NCBI GenBank assembly: GCA_003635255.1
Contig: PYJC01000133.1
Coordinates: forward strand, 6,686 to 70,685
Length of the DNA: 64,000 bases
Reading direction: 5' to 3'
Source: Candidatus Poribacteria bacterium
GTDB lineage: Bacteria; Poribacteria; WGA-4E; WGA-3G
Shown: in pieces, positions 28,228-39,135 of the stretch
Numbering within the stretch: the first letter of the stretch is position 1
Layout of the letters: every line of letters starts with the position of its first letter
Program-made: the position numbers and the translations under genes
Notes under the pieces: generated by a model
What the model was told of the DNA's origin: nothing
The model's input: only the letters and a program-made list of their open reading frames with translations
Databases searched by the model: none

Positions 28228-29403
28228 CTATTCTGTTCTTAATCTCGGATCCAAGGCATCACGGACAGCATCACCGAACAGATTCGCAGGCAGCACCAAC
28301 CCGAACATAAAGGCAAACGCCGCCGCGAGATTCCACCACACAATCGGATCGCGCGCAAGCTCCAAACGTGCCGTGTTAATCATGTTCCCCCAACTCCCCG
28401 TCGTCGGATCAACGCCGATCTGCAGGTAGCTCAGCAATGCTTCTGTCAACACCAATCCGCTAAACCGCAAAATGGCGGTGATCAACACGATATGCATAAG
28501 ATTCGGAATCAAGTGCTTGAGAATAATGAGTCCACGCCGCACACCGAAGGCTTCAGCCGCTTGGATATACTCCAATTCTCGGAGTTTCAGCGTTTCGCCA
28601 CGTAGGATACGGCACAACCCCGTCCAACTGCTGATACCCATAATCAGACAGAGATTAAATAACCCCTGTCCAAAAAGGAGCATGAAGGCAACAATCAACA
28701 GGATAGCCGGAATCGAATCAAGTGTCGCATAGATGTATTGAACGGCATCATCTACCCAACCGCCGAAATATCCCGCAATCACACCGAAAAGTATGGCAAA
28801 CGGCACAGCGATCAAGGTCGTAAACCCACCGATAATAAGACCCGTACGGATCCCTTTCAGTGCTTGATAGAAGACATCGCTGCCAACCTTATCGGTCCCT
28901 AAGAGATGTGTGCGTGGATGTTCAAGTGGCGGGTATTCCCGAACTGTGCGACCCTCAGGTGTTTCGATAGTGCTTTTGGCGTACAGATGGGTTGCTAAGG
29001 GCGCGGAATAGGTCTTCTCGGTACGTTCGCGAAGCGGCGTGCAGAGCCTATCAAGGAGGCTCAACCCTCTCGGTTTATAGACAACAGCACCGTCCTCGTT
29101 TCGCGTGAGTATCTGGTCGGTTTGTCGTATCAACGGATCACGCCAGCGAACGCTATCCAATATACCGATGAGGAGATACGCCAAAAGGATAATCAAACAG
29201 ACCATAGCGAGACGGTTCCCGCGTATCTGTCTCGCAGCGTTCCGCCAATGTTCTTGCCGCGAGGCGTATCGGAGAAGCCACGCCGCAGCAACAAGACATG
29301 CGATAACGATAATGTTCTGATACGCATCAGAGTGCCAGACCCAACTGAGTCGGTCACCCATTCCGATGCCTTCAGTATCGACTCCCAATAAAAAAATAGG
29401 CAT
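28228..29403 (-). CDS. ABC transporter permease, OppC/DppC family
   Basis: LGTDKVGSDVFYQ motif, EAA loop (IQAAEAFGVRRGLIILKHLIPN) and 6 TM segments. Confidence 0.8.
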   Translation of the reverse strand: MPIFLLGVDTEGIGMGDRLSWVWHSDAYQNIIVIACLVAAAWLLRYASRQEHWRNAARQIRGNRLAMVCLIILLAYLLIGILDSVRWRDPLIRQTDQILTRNEDGAVVYKPRGLSLLDRLCTPLRERTEKTYSAPLATHLYAKSTIETPEGRTVREYPPLEHPRTHLLGTDKVGSDVFYQALKGIRTGLIIGGFTTLIAVPFAILFGVIAGYFGGWVDDAVQYIYATLDSIPAILLIVAFMLLFGQGLFNLCLIMGISSWTGLCRILRGETLKLRELEYIQAAEAFGVRRGLIILKHLIPNLMHIVLITAILRFSGLVLTEALLSYLQIGVDPTTGSWGNMINTARLELARDPIVWWNLAAAFAFMFGLVLPANLFGDAVRDALDPRLRTE

Positions 29404-29404
29404 T

Positions 29405-29526
29405 GATAGTTGTCAGTTATCGGTTGTCAGTTGTCAGTTGTCAGCACTCAGTCATATTCTTGTGGCAGTTACAAGAAAAGCACCCGCCACAAATCGTCTC
29501 TTAACTGACAACTGAGTACTGAAAGA
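29405..29526. repeat. inverted heptad arrays (TTGTCAG xN ... CTGACAA xN) flanking a ~55-nt core
   Basis: The left arm 29405-29444 is gatagttgtcagttatcggttgtcagttgtcagttgtcag. The right arm 29501-29526 is ctgacaa|ctgagta|ctgaaag. Confidence 0.8.
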
Positions 29527-29557
29527 TTTTTCGGAGAAAAATCGTACTGAAAACCAT

Positions 29558-30574
29558 TTATTCCTGATACACGGCTTCGTGTGTGTGAAATCCATCTTTA
29601 ATCACAGCCGCGTCCAGATTGTCCTTGTCAACCTGAATAGGTGTCAGCAAGATGGATGGCACGTCAATTTTGCCGTTGTTCACGGTCTGCGTAGCCTCGG
29701 CAATCGGTTCACCCTTCGCGAGCGCAACAGCCGCCTGTGCCGCTTTTGTCGCAATGAGATGGATCGGTTTGTAAACCGTCATGGTTTGCGTTCCCTTGAC
29801 AATCCGTTGACACGCCGCAAGTTCAGCATCCTGTCCCGAAACGAGAACGCGCCCTGCCAAATTCTGACCCTCAAGTGCCTGAATCACACCGCCAGCCGTG
29901 CCATCATTCGAGGCAACAACAGCATCTATCTTATCTTGGGTCTGTGTCAAAACCTGTTCCGTCTTCTTGAGCGCGTCACGCGGATCCCAATTGACTGCCC
30001 AGTGTTTTCCTTCTGCTACCAACCGAATATCGCCATTGTCAATCGCGGGTTGTAAAGCACGTAGTTGTCCTTGCCGTAGAAGTTGCGCATTATTGTCCGT
30101 TGGCGCGCCACCGAGCAGGAAATAGTTCCCTTTCGGCTTTTTGCGAAACAGGTACTCGGCTTGCAAATACCCCACCTGCTCGTTATCAAAGGAGATATAG
30201 AGATCGGGTGAACTCTCACGAATCAACCGATCATAAGCGATAACCTTGATCCCTTCAGCATGTGCAGCTTCGACAATTTGCGAAGCGGCGACGCTATCCT
30301 TCGGGATAACAACGAGGACATCTACACCCTGTGTGATCATGTTCTCTGCTTGTTCATTCTGTTTCCGTTCATCGCCATCAGCAGATTGAACGATAACCTC
30401 GGCACCCAGTTTTTCTGCCTCAGCGATGAAAATGTCCCGATCCTTCGGCCACCGTTCTACCCGCAATGACTCTACGGACAAACCGATTTTAATCTTCTTA
30501 GCACCCTGATCAGCACATCCCGATAGCATCACAAGACACGCCATCAAAACAGAGAGAAGTAAGGTCGTTTTCAT
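29558..30574 (-). CDS. xylF: D-xylose ABC transporter substrate-binding lipoprotein
   Basis: The ATG at 30574 gives MKTTLLLSVLMACLVMLSGC. It is co-linear with E. coli XylF as I remember it (KIGLSVESLRVERWPKDRDIF..., YISFDNEQVG, VVASNDGTAGG, SGQDAELAA, MTVYKPI). Confidence 0.8.
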   Translation of the reverse strand: MKTTLLLSVLMACLVMLSGCADQGAKKIKIGLSVESLRVERWPKDRDIFIAEAEKLGAEVIVQSADGDERKQNEQAENMITQGVDVLVVIPKDSVAASQIVEAAHAEGIKVIAYDRLIRESSPDLYISFDNEQVGYLQAEYLFRKKPKGNYFLLGGAPTDNNAQLLRQGQLRALQPAIDNGDIRLVAEGKHWAVNWDPRDALKKTEQVLTQTQDKIDAVVASNDGTAGGVIQALEGQNLAGRVLVSGQDAELAACQRIVKGTQTMTVYKPIHLIATKAAQAAVALAKGEPIAEATQTVNNGKIDVPSILLTPIQVDKDNLDAAVIKDGFHTHEAVYQE

Positions 30575-30657
30575 CCCAATTTTCCATCTGGTGCGTGGCA
30601 GCCAAAACGAGTTGGTAAAAGTACAACTGTGCTTCATATTGACACTCCTTTCAAGAG

Positions 30658-31914
30658 TTATTCTTGTTTTTCTGGCACATCTGTTTCAGAAGCCGATGTT
30701 TCGGGCGCATCTTGGCTAACGACATCGCCGATTTTAAGGGGTTCCGCTATATCAACAACACGGAAGACAGAGACTTTATCCGTCAGAATTTCAGAAACCG
30801 CTAAGGTCCCAATTTTTTTTGGCACGTGCGTTAGAATCTCACCGGTATCTATGTCTCGCACCGGTTTACCTTTGGTGAAAACAGCAAACTCTTGATTGAT
30901 AGCGATATCCCTATTGGATCCGATGCTGACATAGATTTTATCTGGATTCTCATTATCAACATACTGAATCTTCCCTTTAATAGGTCCCTCCGCTACAGTT
31001 GAGGCATCTTCCTCTCCTTTTTCGGCTACCGGTTGCGATTCCCAAGGTGTAATGAAATTCGGTCCAACATTATCCCGGAGTGCCAAGACGACTTTAACCA
31101 ACGCTTCATTCGTTACGATACCGAAAAGTGTTCTATCGTATTCAGCACTCGCAAACTTGATTTCATTAAGTTCAGTCGGCTTAACGATCGGACGTGGATT
31201 TTTCCGCTGTTTCTCCGACGTCTGACCAAATGTGAGGTTCGTTCCTTCCTCTGTCATACTCGCTTCAAGGGACGCGAATTTTGTGGCACCATACGTGTGA
31301 TCACGGACAGTCGAGATTCTCGGTTCAGCAATGAGGTCGCCGGACGCATTGTAAAATTTCATCTCCAGTTTAATTGCGACACGGTGTATCGATCCACGCA
31401 GAATAACCGGAGCCGTGTAACTTGCAGTGCCCGGTCCTTGGGGTGCTCTGCGTCCGCCTTCTCGCAGGGTCCGCGAAGCACTGGTTCGGAACCGTTCCTG
31501 ATTAAACTGACGAATCTTGCCTACCGCAATTACATCGGCATTGAGATGCTTCGCCAGCGTCGCGCGCTGTTCCTGATTCAGTCTTTTCAAGTTATGTCGC
31601 GAGAGCGTCATAACTGCCATCGCATCTAAGAGTTCATCTTTACTGATCGGCGCATACATGTTCGTTTCGACCAGTTTCCGATTCAGCATTCTGGTAAATC
31701 CTGCCTCTAAATCCCATCGTTTCTTTGAACTGAAAATATTTCCTATAAACCCAGGTATACAACCACATCCGGTCGGGGAATCAAAGCGACTGTTGTCCTC
31801 AAAATAGAGCACCGCAATCCGTTTTTTTGGCGTAGTCTCGCTAACAGCAATAGGGCAGATGATGAAACCCAAGCTGAGTCCCGCCACGAATAGATATGAG
31901 AAGAAGCGTTTCAC
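30658..31914 (-). CDS. secreted hypothetical protein, possible CsgG/HfaB-like N-domain
   Basis: It has a signal peptide, KKRIAVLYFEDNS and ...DVIAVGKI... patterns, and a C-terminal SH3/OB-like segment. The family call is weak. Confidence 0.35.
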   Translation of the reverse strand: MKRFFSYLFVAGLSLGFIICPIAVSETTPKKRIAVLYFEDNSRFDSPTGCGCIPGFIGNIFSSKKRWDLEAGFTRMLNRKLVETNMYAPISKDELLDAMAVMTLSRHNLKRLNQEQRATLAKHLNADVIAVGKIRQFNQERFRTSASRTLREGGRRAPQGPGTASYTAPVILRGSIHRVAIKLEMKFYNASGDLIAEPRISTVRDHTYGATKFASLEASMTEEGTNLTFGQTSEKQRKNPRPIVKPTELNEIKFASAEYDRTLFGIVTNEALVKVVLALRDNVGPNFITPWESQPVAEKGEEDASTVAEGPIKGKIQYVDNENPDKIYVSIGSNRDIAINQEFAVFTKGKPVRDIDTGEILTHVPKKIGTLAVSEILTDKVSVFRVVDIAEPLKIGDVVSQDAPETSASETDVPEKQE

Positions 31915-32046
31915 TGTCTTTTAGCCTCCTTTTTCGTTTACTCACCTTCACGATTATAGTCTAACAGTTGTCTGAACATTTATCAAGAAAATTTAACCCA
32001 TCCTAACCAGAAAACGTTTGAAATACAGTAAGATATCTGGTATTCT

Positions 32047-32145
32047 TATAGTTAGCAGCCCTCAGTTAAAGCGCAGTTTGTAATCGTTAGAAAGGTTGTA
32101 ACATCCACAAAAGTTAACTGACAACTGATAACCGAAAACCGATTA
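32047..32145. repeat. inverted heptad-type arrays (CAGTT-rich left arm, CTGACAA|CTGATAA|CCGAAAA|CCGATTA right arm)
   Basis: Read directly. The right arm spans 32115-32145. Confidence 0.65.
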
Positions 32146-32177
32146 CTATTCAATATGCAAACGAAAAAGGAAACCCT

Positions 32178-33236
32178 ATGTTTACAACGAATAGATCTGT
32201 GTCCTGCAATTTACGACATATCTCTATATGCCTTACACTGATTACGTCCCTTGTCCTCTACGGTTGTAGTGATAAACAGTCAACAGAAAAACCGAAAACC
32301 GCGGACACCGCTTCTCAGGAAAAAGAATGGCTCTCAATTCTCGGCGGCGTGATAGGTGGCAGTTTTTCGCAATTCGCTGGCGGCGTTCGCCAAGTCCTCG
32401 CAAAACATGAACCGCACCTGAAAATATCTGTCGACGGCTCCGCCGGTTCCGTCGAAAATACACGGCGCGTGAACGACGATCCCGAAGCACTCGGTGTCGT
32501 TTTCGCCGCTGAAGGCTATCTCGGCTACCACGGGAAAGAGATTTTCGCTGAAGAGGGACCGAAAACCAATATCCGCGTCGTAACGTTACTTTTTATCGCC
32601 TATGACCAGTTCTCAACATTAGCGAACAGCGATGTCCATCAGCTTGAGGATATCGTCGGCAAAAAAATCGCTACGGGGGCAAGCGGTTCCGGCACCGCAC
32701 AGACGTTGGAGCGGTTAGCGAAACTGGCGGGTATCTGGGGGAAATTCACACCGATTTACAAGGGCGGCACTGCCGCTGCAGAGGCACTCCAAAATGGACA
32801 AGTCGAAGGGTTCCAATGGCTTGTGAGTGTACCGAATAGTGCTGTTATCGAATTGACAACGATTAAATCCATCCGGATGCTTGATCTCGACACACCTGCC
32901 AAAAAGTACGGTTTCTACGAAAAGTATCCGTTCTATATCCCCGGTGCTTTGCCGGAAGGCGCGTATGACGGAAAAGTTAAACCCGTAAAAACTATTTTGA
33001 TGCCAACCGTCCTCATTTCAAACAAAGCGGTGAGCGAAGAGACGATCTATGCCATTCTGAAGCACATTTATTCACCGGAGGGACATCAGGCGATGCTACT
33101 CGTAAATCAAGCGGCAGCAGATATGACGATAGAAAACGGACCGAAGGCGTTCGTCATTCCGCTCCATCGTGGCGCATACAAATTTTGGAGTGAGCAGGGC
33201 GTAGAAATCCCACCACACGCAATGCCAGTCGATTAA
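32178..33236 (+). CDS. TAXI-family TRAP transporter solute receptor
   Basis: Lipobox VLYGC, and a GGVIGGSFSQFAGGV...GSAGSVENTRRV... block typical of TAXI/NMT1-like receptors. Confidence 0.7.
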   Translation: MFTTNRSVSCNLRHISICLTLITSLVLYGCSDKQSTEKPKTADTASQEKEWLSILGGVIGGSFSQFAGGVRQVLAKHEPHLKISVDGSAGSVENTRRVNDDPEALGVVFAAEGYLGYHGKEIFAEEGPKTNIRVVTLLFIAYDQFSTLANSDVHQLEDIVGKKIATGASGSGTAQTLERLAKLAGIWGKFTPIYKGGTAAAEALQNGQVEGFQWLVSVPNSAVIELTTIKSIRMLDLDTPAKKYGFYEKYPFYIPGALPEGAYDGKVKPVKTILMPTVLISNKAVSEETIYAILKHIYSPEGHQAMLLVNQAAADMTIENGPKAFVIPLHRGAYKFWSEQGVEIPPHAMPVD

Positions 33237-33264
33237 CTGTTCTCAGGTTTCAATCTTCATTTAA

Positions 33265-33292
33265 CCCCACTTACTGATAACTGATAACCAAC
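33265..33292 (+). repeat. heptad repeat array (CTGATAA x2-3)
   Basis: cttactgataactgataaccaacaaaa. Confidence 0.6.
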
Positions 33293-33298
33293 AAAAAT

Positions 33299-33327
33299 TT
33301 GACAAACGCCGGCTTTCATGATACAAT
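33299..33327 (+). promoter_or_regulatory. sigma70-type promoter for rplM-rpsI (TTGACA-17 nt-TACAAT)
   Basis: TTGACA at 33299-33304 and TACAAT at 33322-33327. Confidence 0.5.
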
Positions 33328-33428
33328 ATTACACGGTTGTGTTCGCACTTATACAAATATGCTATTGAGAGCAGGGCATGCGGACAAGAGACTCCAAATA
33401 GTTTTGTTAGGTAAAGGGATAGGAAATC

Positions 33429-33866
33429 ATGGTACTAAAAAAGAAAACCTATTTTCCGAAAACAGATAAAGACATTAGATGGTTTGTGGTGGACGCGGAG
33501 GGACAGACACTCGGACGGCTGGCATCCCGCATCGCACACGTGCTGCGCGGAAAGAATGACCCGCGGTTCACGCCCCATGCAGATTTAGGTTTTCGCGTTG
33601 CTGTTGTTAATGCGGAGAAGGTACACGTCACAGGAAAGAAAAGGGAACAGAAAGTCTATTTTAGGCATAGCGGTTACCCCGGTGGTGATAGATACCGAAC
33701 CTTTGATGAACAGATGAACCTGAAGCCAGAAATAATTATCAAGGATGCCGTCAGAGGGATGCTCCCAAAGAATCACCTCGGCAGGCAATTAATGAAAGGC
33801 CTCAGAGTTTACACCGGACCGTCTCATCCGCACCAAGCACAGGAACCGGAAGTCTTAACGTTTTAA
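33429..33866 (+). CDS. rplM: 50S ribosomal protein L13
   Basis: WFVVDAEGQTLGRLASRIAHVLRGKNDPRFTPH... is canonical L13. Confidence 0.95.
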   Translation: MVLKKKTYFPKTDKDIRWFVVDAEGQTLGRLASRIAHVLRGKNDPRFTPHADLGFRVAVVNAEKVHVTGKKREQKVYFRHSGYPGGDRYRTFDEQMNLKPEIIIKDAVRGMLPKNHLGRQLMKGLRVYTGPSHPHQAQEPEVLTF

Positions 33867-33965
33867 TTGAGTTGAGGAACCACGATCAGAAAGCGTTCCG
33901 ACAACTACCCCATAAATCGTAGGAGGGGTTTGTAACCCCGATTGACTTTGGAGAAGATCAGCAGT

Positions 33966-34361
33966 ATGGCTATTGAACAATTCTGGGGAACCGGCAGACG
34001 TAAAACCTCAGTCGCGCGCGTCCGGATTATCCCCGGCGGTGAAGCTGGGATTACCGTCAATAAGAAACCGATTCAGGAATACTTCCAACGGGCTGACCAT
34101 TGGCAGGCAGCGCAACGCCCGATTGAGCATGTCGAGAAAAGCGGTGAGTTTGCTGTCCACGTCAATGTAAAAGGCGGTGGACATACCGGACAGGCAGGCG
34201 CAATCTCGCACGGACTCGCACGCGCACTCGTCAAAGCGGACGAATCCCTGAAGCCCTCCTTGAAAAAAGCAGGGTTCTTGACGCGCGATCCGAGAATGGT
34301 CGAGCGGAAGAAATACGGGCAAAAAGGCGCACGCGCACGCTTCCAATTCTCTAAGCGTTAG
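33966..34361 (+). CDS. rpsI: 30S ribosomal protein S9
   Basis: The ATG at 33966 gives MAIEQFWGTGRRKTSVARVRI..., and the protein ends ...ARARFQFSKR. Confidence 0.95.
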   Translation: MAIEQFWGTGRRKTSVARVRIIPGGEAGITVNKKPIQEYFQRADHWQAAQRPIEHVEKSGEFAVHVNVKGGGHTGQAGAISHGLARALVKADESLKPSLKKAGFLTRDPRMVERKKYGQKGARARFQFSKR

Positions 34362-34488
34362 AATTGTCGACCACCTCGCACATTTCACCGTTGGACGGAT
34401 ATTGAAACCCGCCAGCAGCGTTCCCCTTAATCACGGATTTTATTCTAACATAAAATGCACGCTTAGGTCGTAAGACAGGCGCGGCTAA

Positions 34489-35811
<1,323 letters not shown>

Positions 35812-35859
35812 TGTGAGTCGAAAATAATGTGAACTTTTTCCAGATTCTTGCGTTTTAAT

Positions 35860-35888
35860 TTGACATCCACCTAAAAGTGTGGTATCAT
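35860..35888 (+). promoter_or_regulatory. sigma70-type promoter for the tRNA pair (TTGACA-17 nt-TATCAT)
   Basis: TTGACA at 35860-35865 and TATCAT at 35883-35888, ~20 nt before tRNA-Lys. Confidence 0.5.
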
Positions 35889-35907
35889 TAAAATTTGTGA
35901 TTACTTT

Positions 35908-35980
35908 GAGCCGTTAGCTCAGCAGGTAGAGCATCTGACTTTTAATCAGGTGGTCACAGGTTCGATTCCTGTACGGCTCA
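35908..35980 (+). tRNA. tRNA-Lys (anticodon UUU)
   Basis: Manual cloverleaf: acceptor GAGCCGU/ACGGCUC, anticodon loop CUUUUAA, T-loop TTCGATT. Confidence 0.9.
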
Positions 35981-35989
35981 CATTCTTTT

Positions 35990-36064
35990 GCCCCCGTCGT
36001 CTAGCCTGGCCAAGGACACCGCCCTTTCACGGCGGCGACACGAGTTCAAATCTCGTCGGGGGTA
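35990..36064 (+). tRNA. tRNA-Glu (anticodon UUC)
   Basis: Manual cloverleaf: acceptor GCCCCCG/CGGGGGU, anticodon loop CUUUCAC, T-loop TTCAAAT. It resembles canonical bacterial tRNA-Glu. Confidence 0.9.
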
Positions 36065-36091
36065 TTTCATTGCAAATAGTCCCTCTAAAAA

Positions 36092-36126
36092 AACAAGCCC
36101 CAATCCTCACAGGGCTTGTTTTTTGT
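36092..36126 (+). terminator. rho-independent terminator after the tRNA pair
   Basis: aacaagccc-(11 nt)-gggcttgtt followed by a T-run. Confidence 0.8.
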
Positions 36127-36186
36127 CGGTAATTCCCAGGGCCGGTAGGTTTAATTCGGTAATTCTGATCCCCTTTCTGTCAGAAT

Positions 36187-36314
36187 CGCGGAGTGCGCGG
36201 AGAACGCGGAGAACGCTGAAAAGGCTACGCTAACTTCTACCTTGCCTTTCGTCCGAGATGTGGGCGGTAAGAAATCTTCATTCCGCGTCCTCTGTGTCTT
36301 CCGTGCCTTCCGTG
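36187..36314. repeat. inverted arrays of ~9-nt repeats (GCGGAGAAC xN ... TTCCGTGCC xN) flanking a ~65-nt core
   Basis: The left arm is cgcggagtgcgcggagaacgcggagaacgc (36187-36216). The right arm is ttccgcgtcctctgtgtcttccgtgccttccgtg (36281-36314). Confidence 0.75.
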
Positions 36315-36400
36315 ATTCAGACGACAAGAGAATCCACCTCACAGAAAAAAACATAAAACAAGATGTCTATGATTCACAAATTACCGAAACCGCACCATTT

Positions 36401-38809
36401 TCATCGTGATAGGTGCGCAGCGACAAGCTTTTCCAACCGCGTAGCCCAAATTTCAGGAGAATGAACCTTCCCGCTTCGCGCCTCAATCACTTTTCCATCG
36501 GTATCAATCAGTACGACTGCCGGGCACTTAACCACAGAAGCCAACCGCTCAATCACCAGACTGAACTGCTGAGCCAGTGGGCCCTCATAATCATCATAAA
36601 TGTGCTGTCCCGGATACCCTTTCTCGCGGATATAGTTGCGGAATGCTTCTTCATTGTTCCATCCGCCAGTGTTAACACTGATAATCTCAAACCCCTTGTC
36701 GTGGTATTTCTGGTATACCGTGTCCAGGGATGTTAGTTCCGCTTCACAATAGTCACTCGTCGTCCAAAAATAGAGCAGCACAACCTTCCCGCGATGCACC
36801 GAGAGCGAAACCGGTGTGCCATCTACAGTGACGGCTGAGAAGTCTGGAACCGCTTTCCCAACCCGCGTGAGTTCAGTCCACTTTACGAGTTGCCCGAGCT
36901 GTTCGCTTCTGGTACTAACCGAGAGAATCTTGCCATCTCGGTCAATAAGCCACTGTGAAGGCACACTATTAATGCCGAAATACCGCGCAAGTTCACTCTC
37001 CCACCCCTTACCATCAAAAATCTGGAGCCACGGGATATCGTGTTCCTGAATAAATTCGCGGAGTTCCGCTTCGCTTTCGTCTAAACTCACACCGATAACG
37101 TCGAAGCCATCCTGGTGATAGTGCGCGTATGCTTCTTTGATATGCGGCATCTCTGGCGCGCAGAAGCCACACCATTTTGCACAGAAATTGAGGAGCACCA
37201 TTTTGCCGCGGTAATCCGAGAACGAAACCGGTGTGCCATCAAATGCCACCGCTGAAAAATCCGAGAGTTCTTTGCCAACCCACGCTGTCTGATCCCATAC
37301 GGTCTTGATCTCTGAATGCCCCACCCACGGATATTTTTCTGCGGATTCGGTGTCACCCAACGCTTCATAGATATCGCTAAGTCCACGTAAAGCGTACCAA
37401 TCGTCGGGTTCTTGTTCAAGTCGTTGCTGAAAGGCGTGCTGTGCTTCAACAATCAGAGGTTTACACCGTGCAAGCAGTTCGGCGTTTTCCTCGGGACTTC
37501 TCATCAGATTCCGATAGATATAGCAAGGCGTTCTCCCGACATCTTTGTACAGTTTTGCCAACCAGTGATACAATTCAGATTCATCTTGCTGCTTCGCGCT
37601 TTCAAACAGCCTTTCGAGTGTGGTCAGCGTTAATTCAAACAAAGGATCTAAAGATTCTCTATAATGGCTAAGTGCAAGAAAACAGGTCTCCACATCATTA
37701 GGAGTCAGTGTCATCGCCTGTTCAAGGAACAGAAGATCCCTGTTTCCTGCACCGTTACCTTCCCAGACAATGATTGCCAACATCTTCATCGCCGCGCCGT
37801 TGTCCGGTTCCTTTTCGAGCACCTCTTCAGAGAACTCTCGGAGTTCTAAAAGCATCGCTTCAGGGAACCGTGAAACGTACTCAGGCAGCTGCGGGGGCAG
37901 TGTCGTTTTACCGTCAACAACGCCTGTTTCAATCCTCGCTTTGAAGTAATCCAAAAGTTGTTCCTGAACTTTCGGGGTGAGTTCCCACCAAGGTTTTGAG
38001 AGTCCACGATCCTCCAGTGAATCAAGGTAGGTATCCCAGAAATCTATATTTTCGGGCGTTCCATTGTCTAAACCACACGCGTTAGCCGATTCTTGAAGCA
38101 ATTTTTTCTGAAACGCTGCCTGCGTCTCAGGTAATAAGGCTCTACATCTTTTAATCAAGGTATTAAGCTTTTCAATCAATGTCCCGAACTGCTCAATTCG
38201 CTCTGGTATTTCAAAGTCTGCCTTGAGAGACTTGATTCTCTGATAGACTGCGTACGGCGTTACTCTATGCCGTTGATAAGCAAACTTCGCATCTCGATAA
38301 TGTAACGTATTGTCCTGTCGCTTTGCCCATTCAAAGAGGCTTTCAAGCGCGATAAGCACTTTTTCTTGTTCATCAATACGTCCGAAACCGTGATATTGCC
38401 TGTACTTGTCAATCAAATGCAGATTTATACACGGATCTTTTGGCACCAATGTCAACGCCTTTTCCACGAATGGTAGACTCTCATCGTAGTTCATATCTCT
38501 CGCTGCTGCTATTGCCAAAATTATAGATGCGCCGCCGTTGTCCGGGTCTGTTTCAAGAACGGCTTCTGCCAACATTCTTAGTTTTGGTTGCATCTCCTCA
38601 GAAAAACGCCAATAATAGTCATGGAAACCGGGTGGAAGTGCCGTCTGGTCATCCGAGACTCCCGCCTCAACCTTCGTTTTGAAGTAAGCGAGGAGTTCCT
38701 CCTGCGTCTCTGCGTCTATCTCTTTCAATTCACCTCTTGCGAGTCCATAGTTGTAAAGTGAGTCGAGGAGTGTATACCAGAAATCTGTAGAATCATGTTT
38801 CGTAGTCAT
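36401..38809 (-). CDS. cytoplasmic protein with a duplicated helical (TPR-like) N-module plus two thioredoxin-fold (TlpA/redoxin-like) domains
   Basis: I chose the ATG at 38809 (GGAG upstream). There is no signal peptide. The ~300-aa N-module occurs twice (DFWYTLLDSL...ETDPDNGGA / DFWDTYLDSL...EKEPDNGAA). The first Trx domain has WCGFC. The second lacks CxxC (FWTTSDYCEAE). Confidence 0.65.
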   Translation of the reverse strand: MTTKHDSTDFWYTLLDSLYNYGLARGELKEIDAETQEELLAYFKTKVEAGVSDDQTALPPGFHDYYWRFSEEMQPKLRMLAEAVLETDPDNGGASIILAIAAARDMNYDESLPFVEKALTLVPKDPCINLHLIDKYRQYHGFGRIDEQEKVLIALESLFEWAKRQDNTLHYRDAKFAYQRHRVTPYAVYQRIKSLKADFEIPERIEQFGTLIEKLNTLIKRCRALLPETQAAFQKKLLQESANACGLDNGTPENIDFWDTYLDSLEDRGLSKPWWELTPKVQEQLLDYFKARIETGVVDGKTTLPPQLPEYVSRFPEAMLLELREFSEEVLEKEPDNGAAMKMLAIIVWEGNGAGNRDLLFLEQAMTLTPNDVETCFLALSHYRESLDPLFELTLTTLERLFESAKQQDESELYHWLAKLYKDVGRTPCYIYRNLMRSPEENAELLARCKPLIVEAQHAFQQRLEQEPDDWYALRGLSDIYEALGDTESAEKYPWVGHSEIKTVWDQTAWVGKELSDFSAVAFDGTPVSFSDYRGKMVLLNFCAKWCGFCAPEMPHIKEAYAHYHQDGFDVIGVSLDESEAELREFIQEHDIPWLQIFDGKGWESELARYFGINSVPSQWLIDRDGKILSVSTRSEQLGQLVKWTELTRVGKAVPDFSAVTVDGTPVSLSVHRGKVVLLYFWTTSDYCEAELTSLDTVYQKYHDKGFEIISVNTGGWNNEEAFRNYIREKGYPGQHIYDDYEGPLAQQFSLVIERLASVVKCPAVVLIDTDGKVIEARSGKVHSPEIWATRLEKLVAAHLSR

Positions 38810-39035
38810 AATCATCTCCAAGGTTATTTTGAGAAAATGCAACTTCAGATACAGCAGTCTACTTAGAAGAATTAGTGTCGCATCTCTAACACCCACTTGT
38901 CAAGCAAATATCAGATATGCGTTCAACTGACACACGTAAGTGTTTTTCCATGATCTATTCATGAAGATAGATATAGCGAAACCCAACAATCCAAACACCA
39001 GAGGCATGAGAATATGTTGGGTTTCCGTCCGAATT

Positions 39036-39066
39036 AAAGTCCCCTGATAAGGGGGATTTAGGGGGT
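39036..39066. repeat. AAAGTCCCC(C)TGATAAGGGGGATTTAGGGGGT repeat, copy 1 of 3
   Basis: The same 31-32-mer occurs at 50279-50310 and 52504-52535. A shared distal AATTYGCGTAAGTCYC box lies ~40-70 nt further on. Confidence 0.85.
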
Positions 39067-39135
39067 TTAAAATCAAAAAACTTCGCTCCGCGTGCTAAAT
39101 TCGCGTAAGTCTCAATCCATTTGTCCACTGCTTCG

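Noticed and set aside
36064-36400. An integrated element or att site next to the tRNA-Lys/tRNA-Glu pair.
   Set aside because: There is no integrase, no direct repeat of a tRNA 3' end, and no foreign-looking gene block. The region is explained by a terminator plus one inverted 9-mer repeat array. ORF 36151-36354 is repeat-derived.
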